Virus record (IMG/VR): IMGVR_UViG_3300042894_007211
Reading direction: 5' to 3' (one strand)
Source: an uncultured virus (IMG/VR IMGVR_UViG_3300042894_007211)
Lineage: Duplodnaviria > Heunggongvirae > Uroviricota > Caudoviricetes
Length of the DNA: 64,000 nucleotides
This document shows, in pieces, positions 28,844 to 38,297 of the stretch. The first letter of the stretch is position 1; each line of letters starts with the position of its first letter. The notes under the pieces are model-generated. The model did not search any database and was not told the origin of the DNA. It saw only the letters and a program-made list of their open reading frames with translations. A program made the position numbers and the translations under genes.

Positions 28844-29845
28844 ATGAAATCGGAGATAGTTGCAATACAGTCACATGCTAACACAGATGAAAAACTAGAT
28901 GTTTTGCATGATTGTATACAGGCTGTTAAAAAACAGGGCTATCAAATAATTCTAAGCTCACATATAAAAGTCCCTAACCATTTGGTTGAACTTGTCGACT
29001 ATTTCATCTATGACGCGGAAAATCCACTTATAATGTGGAACGAATATGATGAGTTAGGAGCCGGTATTCAATTTTATATTAATTTACCAGAATATCATAT
29101 TATTAAAAACTTAGATTTTAATCATGGATTTGCTGCTCTTAAATTATTTAAAAATGCTGCTCATATAGCGAAATCGAATAGTTTCAACGTTATTCATTTC
29201 GTAAATTTTGACTACGTGTTAAACGAAGAAAATGTGTTAAAAAATCATTCAGAAATTCTGAACCATAAAGATGTTTTTTTCTACACAGAAAACATTGTTG
29301 AAGTTGTTGTTGCTGGTTTATTTTCAATCAGAGTAGATAAATTCATAGAGGTCTTTGGTGGTGTTAATTCAAAACAAGACTATTGTAATTTTTATAGATT
29401 TGTTCACCCAGATTTAGCAATTCTTGAGCATTTTATACCACACTTGTGTAGATTTAATAATTTAGATTGTCATTATGAAAATATCAAAAATATAGAAACT
29501 AATAATATTTTAGATGTTTTCAATCAAGATGAAATCTATGGTCTTTATAGTATCAATCAAGACAAAATCCGCTTAATATTTTGTAAAGATGATAATGACT
29601 TTTATCTATATACAATGCCTAATACAAATAATAATGTAGAAGTTTTAATTTTACAATACGGTGACCGGAGTTGGAGTTTTGAAGTAACATCTCCACAATT
29701 CATAAAAATACCAGCTGAGTTAATGAATGGATTCAAAGTAGACTTTGGTAGTAAAAAAATAAATTTAGAATTTAACTTAAAAAGTAATGCGGCTTTTTGT
29801 GATATAAAAGATAAAACCATAATTAAAAAAATCGAAAACATATGA
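28844..29845 (+). CDS. Putative glycosyltransferase-like protein
   Basis: SHANTDEK...IILSSH...VDYFIYD..NP, NHGFA, FVNFDY; paralog of the middle domain of 24798..26720; sugar-cluster context. Confidence 0.55.
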   Translation: MKSEIVAIQSHANTDEKLDVLHDCIQAVKKQGYQIILSSHIKVPNHLVELVDYFIYDAENPLIMWNEYDELGAGIQFYINLPEYHIIKNLDFNHGFAALKLFKNAAHIAKSNSFNVIHFVNFDYVLNEENVLKNHSEILNHKDVFFYTENIVEVVVAGLFSIRVDKFIEVFGGVNSKQDYCNFYRFVHPDLAILEHFIPHLCRFNNLDCHYENIKNIETNNILDVFNQDEIYGLYSINQDKIRLIFCKDDNDFYLYTMPNTNNNVEVLILQYGDRSWSFEVTSPQFIKIPAELMNGFKVDFGSKKINLEFNLKSNAAFCDIKDKTIIKKIENI

Positions 29846-30735
29846 ATTTATTAGATGGTAAATTTGTTTCAAATCAAATACTTAGTGACATAAGAAATAA
29901 AATTGATGCAAATATTGAAAAAAGTCAATCACGTTTAGGTTATCAAATATCTAAACCATCAATGGCTATCGTTCTTGTTGGAAACAATCCTGCTTCTGAG
30001 TCATATGTCAAAGGTAAACTTAAAGCCTGTGAAAAAGCAGGTATAAATCATAACCTCATCAGATTTCCGGAAACAATTACAGCGTTTGAATTACTTGAAG
30101 AGGTCAAAAGATTAAATAAATCTTCTTATGACGGCTTTATTGTTCAGTTACCGTTACCAACACATATAAAACCAGATGCAATTATAAATGAGATAAGTGC
30201 TTATAAAGATATTGATGGATTTCATCCTCTAAACTTTGGCAAGATGGCACTTGGTCAAAAATCGATGAGACCAGCAACCGCTTATGGCATTCTTAAACTA
30301 ATTGAACACTATCAAATTGATACAAAAGGTAAACATGTTGTTGTCATTGGTCGTTCTAATATTGTCGGAAAACCTATTTCTATTATGTTAGGAAACGACT
30401 TTAACATTGGAAGAGCTACTGTTACCTCTTGTGATATAAACACACCCAGAGAGCTTCTAATTGAAGAAACTAAGAAAGCTGATATAGTTATTATCGCTGT
30501 TGGAAAACCTGGTTTATTAACTTCAGATATGGTTAAAGAAGGTGTTGTTGTGATTGATGTTGGTATCAATAAATTAGATAGCGGAAGATTAGTTGGTGAT
30601 TGTGACTTTGATGCGATTGCTGAGAAAGCTAGTTGGATAACTCCCGTTCCAGGTGGTGTTGGACCAATGACTATATCTGGTCTTATTTTGAATACATATG
30701 AAGCTTGGAAGATGAAAAACTTTATCAATGAGTAA
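29842..30735 (+). CDS. folD: Methylenetetrahydrofolate dehydrogenase/cyclohydrolase
   Basis: LLDGK, ASESYV..K, GFIVQLPLP, KDIDGFHP, GRSNIVGKP, IDVGIN, TPVPGGVGPMT. Confidence 0.95.
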   Translation: MNLLDGKFVSNQILSDIRNKIDANIEKSQSRLGYQISKPSMAIVLVGNNPASESYVKGKLKACEKAGINHNLIRFPETITAFELLEEVKRLNKSSYDGFIVQLPLPTHIKPDAIINEISAYKDIDGFHPLNFGKMALGQKSMRPATAYGILKLIEHYQIDTKGKHVVVIGRSNIVGKPISIMLGNDFNIGRATVTSCDINTPRELLIEETKKADIVIIAVGKPGLLTSDMVKEGVVVIDVGINKLDSGRLVGDCDFDAIAEKASWITPVPGGVGPMTISGLILNTYEAWKMKNFINE

Positions 30736-30826
30736 CATTACTAAGAAAGAGTTAGAAAGATATGATAAAAGAATCATTTGTATTATCTGTGAGAGATGTC
30801 AAAAATTAGAACAAATATTAAAATGA
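30728..30826 (+). CDS. 32-aa mini-protein ending in RxxKLxxIL helix (not in ORF track)
   Basis: MSNITKKELERYDKRIICIICERCQKLEQILK*; overlaps the folD stop and the next ATG (ATGA). Confidence 0.6.
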   Translation: MSNITKKELERYDKRIICIICERCQKLEQILK

Positions 30827-31080
30827 AAGTAAAGTGTATTAACACAAGTAAATATAATAAGTATGATAATCTACCACTAACGATAGGTAAAGTATATGAT
30901 GTGATAGAGATTACTCATATTCCTTTCAATGCCAGAAGGTATGATGATTACACAGGACCTTTTTATAAATTAGTTAATGATAGGGGAGAAGTGTCTGGAT
31001 ATAGTGATGAATGTGTTAGAACTCTTACATTAGATGAACTTAGGGAATTAAAATTAAAAGAAATATTAGAATGCAATTAA
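30823..31080 (+). CDS. Small SH3-like protein with C-terminal RxxKLxxIL helix
   Basis: MKVKCIN...LTIGKVYDV...NDRG; ends ELRELKLKEILECN; ATG 30823 preferred. Confidence 0.75.
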   Translation: MKVKCINTSKYNKYDNLPLTIGKVYDVIEITHIPFNARRYDDYTGPFYKLVNDRGEVSGYSDECVRTLTLDELRELKLKEILECN

Positions 31081-31409
31081 TACTTGGAATACTTTTTGGA
31101 ACACTGGCTCAAATACTTGTATTTTTTCAAATACAGGGTAGTTTAAAGTACCAGGCTTTACAGGATTATAAGTGGTTAGTCCTTCTTTCTGGTATTCCAA
31201 TTACTTGGCTTTTTATTGAATCAGTTAAGTACATTTATCTATGGTCTGACGGTCAACTTTGGCCTGGTAGATTAATTGGATTTTCTATTGGTATAGTTGT
31301 TTTCACTATAATGTCAATACTTCTATTTGGTGAAGGTATAAGTTTAAAAACTGGAATTTGTCTATTACTATCTATATCTATACTCGCTATTCAAATATTT
31401 TGGAAATAA
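31071..31409 (+). CDS. Small 4-TM membrane protein (DMT/SMR-like topology)
   Basis: Four hydrophobic segments, LFGEGISLK before the last helix. Confidence 0.65.
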   Translation: MQLILGILFGTLAQILVFFQIQGSLKYQALQDYKWLVLLSGIPITWLFIESVKYIYLWSDGQLWPGRLIGFSIGIVVFTIMSILLFGEGISLKTGICLLLSISILAIQIFWK

Positions 31410-31699
31410 TGAATAACTGGAAAATAAAAGATAACATAAAAAGAGGTTTCATTTCATTTGAAGTCGGAGATGAAGTTGTGTGTTTCCATAGAAAAGGCAA
31501 TGGTCATCCTCGTGCTATTAAAGACTCAATAACTTATATAATTAAAAGTATTGACTTAGATGGACACTTGTTAGTGGCTCAACACTCATCTGATGGTATA
31601 GGTTTTCTATCACCAATTAGAGTTCATAAAATGTATATGATTCAGAAAAATACTATGAGAGACATTAAATTAAATTCAATACTCAATGAAACAAAATAG
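31409..31699 (+). CDS. Small SH3-like protein with RxxKLxxIL helix
   Basis: FEVGDEVVCF; ends TMRDIKLNSILNETK; ATG 31409 preferred. Confidence 0.7.
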   Translation: MNNWKIKDNIKRGFISFEVGDEVVCFHRKGNGHPRAIKDSITYIIKSIDLDGHLLVAQHSSDGIGFLSPIRVHKMYMIQKNTMRDIKLNSILNETK

Positions 31700-31736
31700 T
31701 TTCTAATGATATAAAATAAAAAATAATAAATTATAA

Positions 31737-32915
31737 ATGGGAAAATTAGCCTTAAATTTTATTTGTAAAAATGAATCACACATCATCGGTAAGATGCTTG
31801 AAAGTTGTAAAACAATTACAGACTTAATTGTCGCAACTGATACTGGATCAGACGATGGTACACAAGATATAATCAGAAAGTTCGGAGAAGATAATAATAT
31901 TCCAACATATGTTTATGACAGACCATTTGACAACTTCGAGAATAGTAGAAATCACTCAATGCAGAAACTACGAGAAGTAGTAAAAGAACTCGGATGGGAT
32001 GCAGACAAAGTACACGGATATTGGTTTGACTGTGATGAGACTCTAATCATCCAACCAACTTTTGACAAAAATCAATTCACAAAAGACCTTTATATGATTA
32101 ATACTTATATTAATCAGATGAAGTATACAAGAAACACATTCTTCAAAGTTTCTAAACCATTTAGATGGTATGGTCCAGTTCACGAATTCATAGTTTGTGA
32201 TGAGAAAAACATAACATCTGGATTAGCCGAAAAAATCCATGTCGACGTTAAAATGGAAGGTAACTCTTGGAAAGGAAGTATTCCAGCAAAATACAAATCA
32301 CATGCCTTTGAATTAGAAAAATACATTGATGCAGACAGATCGGATCCGAGATGGATTTTCTATACTGCACAATCTTATCACGATTCTGCTTCAATTCCGG
32401 ATGGAAAAGAAGAGAATGAAGAAAGATTAAGAAGAGCAATGAAATATTACAAAGAAAGAATTCAACGAACAGATGGTTATATTGAAGAGATTTTTTACTC
32501 ACAATATAGAGTAGCTACAATCATGAGAGTTCTTGAAGAACCATGGTATTTAACACACCAAGAATGTTTGAAAGCATACTCTATGGATCCACTTAGAGGA
32601 GAATCTATTAAAACAATCATTGATTACTACTTACAAGTTGGTGAATGGCATATGGCATATCTTTACACTAAATTTGCTAAAGTTAATTTCCACGGTAAAA
32701 ATCCTTACCCAACTAGATTGTTATTTGTTGATGAATCACTTTATGTTTGGAAATTCGCTGAAGCTCACGCTGCTGCTTGTTTCTATACAGGAAGAATGGA
32801 TGAGGCGAGAGCCAATTACCAAGAAATTGTTAATCTTACAAAAACACATCCACAAAACTTCACACCAGAAGATTTGAAAAAAATTGAAATGAACGGTCAG
32901 TTTTTTGCAAAATGA
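31737..32915 (+). CDS. GT2-family glycosyltransferase with TPR-like C-terminus
   Basis: LNFICKNES, DTGSDDGT, FENSRN, FDCDE, WYGPVHE; FYTAQSY and helical repeats. Confidence 0.88.
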   Translation: MGKLALNFICKNESHIIGKMLESCKTITDLIVATDTGSDDGTQDIIRKFGEDNNIPTYVYDRPFDNFENSRNHSMQKLREVVKELGWDADKVHGYWFDCDETLIIQPTFDKNQFTKDLYMINTYINQMKYTRNTFFKVSKPFRWYGPVHEFIVCDEKNITSGLAEKIHVDVKMEGNSWKGSIPAKYKSHAFELEKYIDADRSDPRWIFYTAQSYHDSASIPDGKEENEERLRRAMKYYKERIQRTDGYIEEIFYSQYRVATIMRVLEEPWYLTHQECLKAYSMDPLRGESIKTIIDYYLQVGEWHMAYLYTKFAKVNFHGKNPYPTRLLFVDESLYVWKFAEAHAAACFYTGRMDEARANYQEIVNLTKTHPQNFTPEDLKKIEMNGQFFAK

Positions 32916-33391
32916 TTAAACTAATTGTTGCCATATCAAAAAACCGTGTGATAGGTGATTCAAATAAACTAATTTGGCACCTTCCAGCCGATTTAAAAAG
33001 ATTTAAGGAAGTTACAACAGGTCATCCAATTGTTATGGGTCGAAAGACTTATGAATCAATTGGAAGACCTCTTCCTAATCGAAGAAACATCATTATCACA
33101 AGAGATCAAAACTATCAAATTGATGGTTGTGAAGTGTTAAACTCAATCGAAGAGGCACTTATGTTAACTAACAACGATTGTTTTATTATCGGAGGTGGAG
33201 AAATCTATAATCAAACTTTACACATAGCAGATCAGATTTATATGACTAAAGTCGATGAAGAGTTTGACGGTGATACAACATTTCCAGAGTTACCTGCTTC
33301 TTGGTATGTTTCTAAAAAAGAAGACTTCTCATCAGACGAAAAAAATACATACAACTACTCATTTGTTTTTTATGAAAAATTTGAATTCTAA
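32912..33391 (+). CDS. folA: Dihydrofolate reductase
   Basis: IG..NKLIWHLPADLKRFK, VMGRKTYESIGRPLPNRRN, IIGGGEIY, GDTTFP. Confidence 0.96.
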   Translation: MIKLIVAISKNRVIGDSNKLIWHLPADLKRFKEVTTGHPIVMGRKTYESIGRPLPNRRNIIITRDQNYQIDGCEVLNSIEEALMLTNNDCFIIGGGEIYNQTLHIADQIYMTKVDEEFDGDTTFPELPASWYVSKKEDFSSDEKNTYNYSFVFYEKFEF

Positions 33392-33944
33392 AGGAAAATT
33401 AATAATGGTTATCGGAGCTCCTGCTTCTGGTAAATCAACTCTTGCTTCTGAGTTACACACTGAACTAAAGAAAAGAAATAAGAATTCTATTTTTATTAGT
33501 GAAGTCGCGACAGACTTTATTGCAGAATACGGCATACCAAATACACCAATTGACCAGATGGTAATTTTCTATAAACAGCTAAATAAGGAAACTATGTTCT
33601 TAGATTCAAAGGAGTTCATAGTTTGTGATTCAAGCTCTATCTTAAATTATTTCTATTTCAGACAGTTGTTTCCTGAGAAGTTATCTAATAAAGATATAGC
33701 AACAATTAATCATCTACAAAAAGAAATATTAAAGCATATAAATACAATTGACCATGTCTTTTATGTGCCACCAATGAGAAACATCGACACAAATGATGGA
33801 ATCAGATATCATAATGATGATGATATCACAAGACTTGATAGATGGATTAAATCGTATTTAGAATTGGAAAATATAAATCATACTGATTTATCTGAAGTAA
33901 AAGTAAATGATAGATTAGAATTTATTTTAAAAGAATTAGAATAA
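33372..33944 (+). CDS. NadR/AAA_28-like P-loop kinase
   Basis: GAPASGKSTLA, SEVAT, IVCDSS, DGIR; ATG 33372 preferred. Confidence 0.8.
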   Translation: MKNLNSKGKLIMVIGAPASGKSTLASELHTELKKRNKNSIFISEVATDFIAEYGIPNTPIDQMVIFYKQLNKETMFLDSKEFIVCDSSSILNYFYFRQLFPEKLSNKDIATINHLQKEILKHINTIDHVFYVPPMRNIDTNDGIRYHNDDDITRLDRWIKSYLELENINHTDLSEVKVNDRLEFILKELE

Positions 33945-33954
33945 CGATATTATA

Positions 33955-34281
33955 TTATAAACCATCATTTTCATGACTGTGTGATGAGTGTCCTTTTGAT
34001 GTTCCTTTATATTGTGTCCACATTTCAACATAGTCTTCTTCATTTTCAATTTTATCAAACATATCAACTGGCTTATCGTGTTCGTGTTCTTCATCAGAAG
34101 ATTTTAGTGAACCATGAAATATAGCACCTGGTTTGATATTATTATCTAAGAATTCTTCAAACTCTTGAACTTCATCTATTGAACAATTCAACAACTTTGA
34201 AATCTCATCATATGTTAGACCAATAAAAAGTGACTTTTGATTACCACTCACAAATTCTAAAAATAATTTTATTCTTGACAT
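33955..34281 (-). CDS. Hypothetical acidic protein with N-terminal tag
   Basis: MSRIKLFLEF; TTAATATATA 4 nt upstream. Confidence 0.7.
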   Translation of the reverse strand: MSRIKLFLEFVSGNQKSLFIGLTYDEISKLLNCSIDEVQEFEEFLDNNIKPGAIFHGSLKSSDEEHEHDKPVDMFDKIENEEDYVEMWTQYKGTSKGHSSHSHENDGL

Positions 34282-34285
34282 GTTC

Positions 34286-34295
34286 TATATATTAA
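34286..34295 (-). promoter_or_regulatory. Putative late promoter TTAATATATA
   Basis: Exact decamer upstream of ATG 34281. Confidence 0.7.
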
Positions 34296-34305
34296 AAAAA
34301 TTCAT

Positions 34306-34337
34306 AAAAAAAGAAACCCGAAGATATTTCTTCGGGT
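34306..34337 (-). terminator. Intrinsic terminator
   Basis: Minus strand acccgaaga-aata-tcttcgggt followed by a U-rich tail. Confidence 0.8.
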
Positions 34338-34376
34338 CGGTCTAAGAATTCTATTCTTAGAGGTGGTTCTTTTTAA

Positions 34377-35027
34377 TTATTTACTTAATAACTTGATTAA
34401 ATCTTCTGTAATTTTAGTAATCATTTTTTTACCATCAACTGAAACAGCTGGAATATTTTTTACCATTGAGTATTTATCATTACCATCAACTGAGATGGAT
34501 TCAATAAGTTTTTTCATCTTAGGTTCATTTGAATACTTTTTAGTATAGTATGATTTTAATTCATTTACAAATTTAGTTAAATCAACACCTTCTTTAACGT
34601 TGTATTTAACCATTTGTAACTCATTGTCTTGCTTTTCTATCATTAAATACCAGATAGATTTTTTAGATACTTTAACGTTTTCTAAAAAGTTATATGCTTT
34701 AGATGCTTTAATATTTTTTGGAAACTTAGCAACTTTACCACTAAAATCTACTTTAGATTCGTGAGTTTTGTCATCTAAATCAATATCATCTGAAAAATCA
34801 TCTTCTTCTTCATCAGTAGAAATGTTTTGGTCAAAAGCTAAAATATCTTTACGAGATGCAATACGCTCACCCTTTTTAGTTTCTTCAGGAAGATTAGGAT
34901 TCATCGGTCTATCAAAATCCGTATCAGGAGCGACACCAGTCGATGGATCAATTTCCTCGATTTTCGGTTTAGATTTCAAGTCTGTAAACTTTTTAAAACC
35001 AACGATATTTTTTTTGTTTTCTGCCAT
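34377..35027 (-). CDS. Hypothetical protein (late-type)
   Basis: 216-aa ORF, acidic linker; TTAATATATA at 35057..35066. Confidence 0.75.
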   Translation of the reverse strand: MAENKKNIVGFKKFTDLKSKPKIEEIDPSTGVAPDTDFDRPMNPNLPEETKKGERIASRKDILAFDQNISTDEEEDDFSDDIDLDDKTHESKVDFSGKVAKFPKNIKASKAYNFLENVKVSKKSIWYLMIEKQDNELQMVKYNVKEGVDLTKFVNELKSYYTKKYSNEPKMKKLIESISVDGNDKYSMVKNIPAVSVDGKKMITKITEDLIKLLSK

Positions 35028-35083
35028 TTTTTATTCTACTTTTTCTTTATATCTATTATATATTAATTATTTAAAATAGTTTT

Positions 35084-35338
35084 TTAACCCCTTTGTCTAT
35101 AATCATATTTATCTACAATATAATTCTTAAAATTCTTTATTAAACTCATATGGTCAAATAGAATTGATACTGCGGGTTGCATTCTTTTGATATAATTTGA
35201 CATCAAATCATTTTCAAAAAGATAAGGAGATAAAGTTTTATCTAAAATAACATTCTCATAATCGACAAACGTGTTATCATCATCGTGGCGATGTTTGAGT
35301 GTATAAAGTTCTGGAAGTTGATTTCTTTTGTATAACAT
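35084..35338 (-). CDS. Small protein downstream of baseplate wedge gene
   Basis: 84-aa ORF translationally coupled to 35338..37068. Confidence 0.65.
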   Translation of the reverse strand: MLYKRNQLPELYTLKHRHDDDNTFVDYENVILDKTLSPYLFENDLMSNYIKRMQPAVSILFDHMSLIKNFKNYIVDKYDYRQRG

Positions 35339-37068
35339 TATCCTTCAGTTGTTCTTTTTTTAGAGTCTATGACACCTTTATTTATAATATTCACAGATTT
35401 CATTTGGTTACCATCAATTTCAGCCGAATAGTAAATATTATTTCTATCTCGCCATCCGCCTCGAATGATTGGAATTTCTTCTGGTTCAAACAAAATATCT
35501 CCTAAGATTGGATCCAATCCTTTAGTTTCTGTTGGACTGTAATTAGGGTTAGGTCTTATCGCAATTGGCTTTGCTAATCTTGATGTAATCAAATTTTTCG
35601 CATTCTCGGTTCTATTGATATTTTGTTTATGATAATCTTCATTCTTTTTAGAAATAAATTGAATATCAACTGAGTGAATATCACTTATAGACGATAACTC
35701 TTTAATAAGGTCAAGTTTTGGAATTCTATCAATTCTTTTTAATGAAAGAAAATATTCTGAAACTTTATCTAAAATTTGAGCCCTTACTGAATCAGTAGTT
35801 GAATCTGAATAAGACATAACATAAATATTCATTACATAGTAAGATAATTTAGGTGACTGTATTTTATATTTTCTTGTTAACTGTAAAGTACCAGATGTCT
35901 TTAGATACTTATTTATTTTACTTATTTCGTATTGGTCTAATTCAAATGCTCTTAAACTGATTGTAAAATAATCAGCATTTTGATTTTTAAATAGTCTAAT
36001 ATTCGGAGTTGCTACAATAAATATTGTATTTGTCTTTTCATAAGCATTTACGTGAGAAAATACACCAAGTTTTTTGATTTCATAAGCATATTGTTGGGGC
36101 GTTCCTAATACAAAATTATTTGAGGCAATAGGTAAAATACTTTTTGTAAAAAGAATACTTTCTGGATCAGCTCCAAAATTTACATCAGTTGCGATATCTA
36201 CATTAAAAACTCTAGTCACATCTATAGTCTCGCCATTACCATCTGTGATGTCATCAATAAATTTAAAATCATCTCTTGTTCTTCTAAAGATATTTCCAAC
36301 AGAACCATCTGATGTTAGATATCTAACACCAATTGGTGCTCCTAATTGAGGAATTGCACCAAAACCACCATTACCGAAAATGATATCTATACCACCATTA
36401 AAACCAGTTCTAACAACACAGGCTTCTTCATCCGGTAACATTTCGTAAATATGTTTTTTCAGTGACCACATTCTACCATTAACAAAAACCTCAACGTTAA
36501 AATTTTCAACATCTTTTCCACCAGTTTCTGAAATAGCAAATGTCTGAAGTGAAGCTCCAGTAGAAGTTAGTGTTCTTGCGTTCCACTTACCCTGAATTAT
36601 TGGTAAATAAAATGTATAATTAGGAGTAATTTTATGTGTAATTTTTTCAACACCAATATTTACTGAGTATTCTAATGAATTAGTATTGTTTCTCATCAAT
36701 ATTTTATTATTAATAGTAATTCTTCCACCAGGAATATCTTTATCAATATCAGTTGTAGATTTAAGACTAAATTTAAGTGTACCTGTTGCGCTAATACCTC
36801 TACTTGGAATATGACCAGCATAAATTGCAGCACTCCTTATAACTCTCGGGTTTATAGCATTTGGTTGGCTTAAATCTAATTGAGAAATTGCATTCTTTAA
36901 GTAAAGAATTGAAAGTTGATGTAAGTTTTCTAACACAGACAATATCTGTCCATAAGGTGAAGCCGGTGAATATAAGATACCAGCTTTTCCGAATTCAGTA
37001 GTTAGATATCTCTCAATCTCTGCTTTGATACCTGAAAAAGAAATCGATGAAAACTTAGTTACAGCCAT
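35338..37068 (-). CDS. Baseplate wedge subunit (T4 gp6/baseplate-J-like)
   Basis: A.YAGH.P.R..SA, IIQG, IIFGNGGFGAIP..GA.I.VRYL.SDG..GN, GADPES pattern. Confidence 0.8.
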   Translation of the reverse strand: MAVTKFSSISFSGIKAEIERYLTTEFGKAGILYSPASPYGQILSVLENLHQLSILYLKNAISQLDLSQPNAINPRVIRSAAIYAGHIPSRGISATGTLKFSLKSTTDIDKDIPGGRITINNKILMRNNTNSLEYSVNIGVEKITHKITPNYTFYLPIIQGKWNARTLTSTGASLQTFAISETGGKDVENFNVEVFVNGRMWSLKKHIYEMLPDEEACVVRTGFNGGIDIIFGNGGFGAIPQLGAPIGVRYLTSDGSVGNIFRRTRDDFKFIDDITDGNGETIDVTRVFNVDIATDVNFGADPESILFTKSILPIASNNFVLGTPQQYAYEIKKLGVFSHVNAYEKTNTIFIVATPNIRLFKNQNADYFTISLRAFELDQYEISKINKYLKTSGTLQLTRKYKIQSPKLSYYVMNIYVMSYSDSTTDSVRAQILDKVSEYFLSLKRIDRIPKLDLIKELSSISDIHSVDIQFISKKNEDYHKQNINRTENAKNLITSRLAKPIAIRPNPNYSPTETKGLDPILGDILFEPEEIPIIRGGWRDRNNIYYSAEIDGNQMKSVNIINKGVIDSKKRTTEG

Positions 37069-37073
37069 AATTT

Positions 37074-37397
37074 TTAATTATTAATTTCTTTTAGATAATC
37101 TTCATCAAATCTATTTTTATTGAAAATATCTTTAACGTCATCAATCAGACTATCAACTGTAGATACTCTTTCTACTAAGTATTCTTTAGTTAAAGGGTTA
37201 GAGTAATAACCCCAAGTAAATTTCCCTTGTTCTAATTGTCTTTTTTCAACAACTATAACTAACTCTTTATTTTCGTTAGTGGCTACAAGTTCAACATATT
37301 CACCAAGTTTTAAACTAGCTTTCTCTGAGATAGCAACATCATCAAAATTTTGTAACAAATCAGCGTGGATTTTATTAGTATTTGCTTTTAAACTCAT
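37074..37397 (-). CDS. Hypothetical protein (late operon leader)
   Basis: 107-aa ORF behind TTAATATATA 37418..37427. Confidence 0.7.
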   Translation of the reverse strand: MSLKANTNKIHADLLQNFDDVAISEKASLKLGEYVELVATNENKELVIVVEKRQLEQGKFTWGYYSNPLTKEYLVERVSTVDSLIDDVKDIFNKNRFDEDYLKEINN

Positions 37398-37417
37398 CTT
37401 AAAAAAATTATTTTTAT

Positions 37418-37481
37418 TATATATTAAAAACCGTTCCTTTGATTTGATTTTGAATTTTTAGCAATTACTATTTAATATATA
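37418..37481. promoter_or_regulatory. Divergent pair of putative late promoters
   Basis: TTAATATATA on minus (37418-37427) and plus (37472-37481). Confidence 0.65.
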
Positions 37482-37503
37482 ATGTATAAAATATTGAGTT
37501 GAT

Positions 37504-38259
37504 ATGTTATTTCTGCAAACTACACCTAATTTTACTAATATTAATATGGTTGATATTTTTGAAAAATATGGCTGGAAAGGTCTATTATTTGTTTTTTTAA
37601 TTGCCTTAATTTACGGCATTGCCAAAAGTAACTTTATGGCAAAAATAATGACAAAAATATCTGATAAGTTTATTGAATGGTTTTTAAAAGACAAAACTAA
37701 AGATTTAGATAATGTTAGAAATATTACGGATTCTGATATTTCAAATCACGATGTTTTTAACTATATTGATTTTTGGGTTTATTCAAAAGTCCCAACTTTT
37801 CAATTTTCAACTGAATATAGAACTGCGGTTTTTAAAAAATATCTGACACTATATCTTAAAAGTTATAAAACAAATATTTTGAAATTTGTTCAAAGTAAAG
37901 AGTATCAAGAAATGGATGCGGCTAAATTAAGAACAACTCTTTTAAATTTGATCAATTCAATCATTTTCGACTACGAAAGAGAGGCTCAAGATGCGGGTAT
38001 ACCAAAAATTGTAATAGAAAAAATGAAAGCTAAAAATAATGATACAATTACTTTAACTATTGATTTGATAGAAGGTGTTTGTTCATCACAATTTTACCAA
38101 TCTGAGAAAAACTTGTTAAAGGTATATTCAATTCTAAATATTATACTTTCTGTTTTAGAAAATACAATTAGTAGCTCTGAAACAGTTTGTAATTCAATAA
38201 ACGGTCAGTTGAAAGGATTAAAATTCATAGATGGTGATAAAATTTATATAGAACCATAA
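37504..38259 (+). CDS. Single-pass membrane protein (late-type)
   Basis: TM segment GLLFVFLIALIYGIA followed by a helical domain. Confidence 0.7.
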   Translation: MLFLQTTPNFTNINMVDIFEKYGWKGLLFVFLIALIYGIAKSNFMAKIMTKISDKFIEWFLKDKTKDLDNVRNITDSDISNHDVFNYIDFWVYSKVPTFQFSTEYRTAVFKKYLTLYLKSYKTNILKFVQSKEYQEMDAAKLRTTLLNLINSIIFDYEREAQDAGIPKIVIEKMKAKNNDTITLTIDLIEGVCSSQFYQSEKNLLKVYSILNIILSVLENTISSSETVCNSINGQLKGLKFIDGDKIYIEP

Positions 38260-38297
38260 ACGGACAAAGTAGAGGATTGAATTTTAATATATACTAT

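Noticed and set aside
37504..38259. Holin call for the late single-TM protein
   Set aside because: Topology is compatible, but there is no recognisable family motif and no adjacent endolysin.
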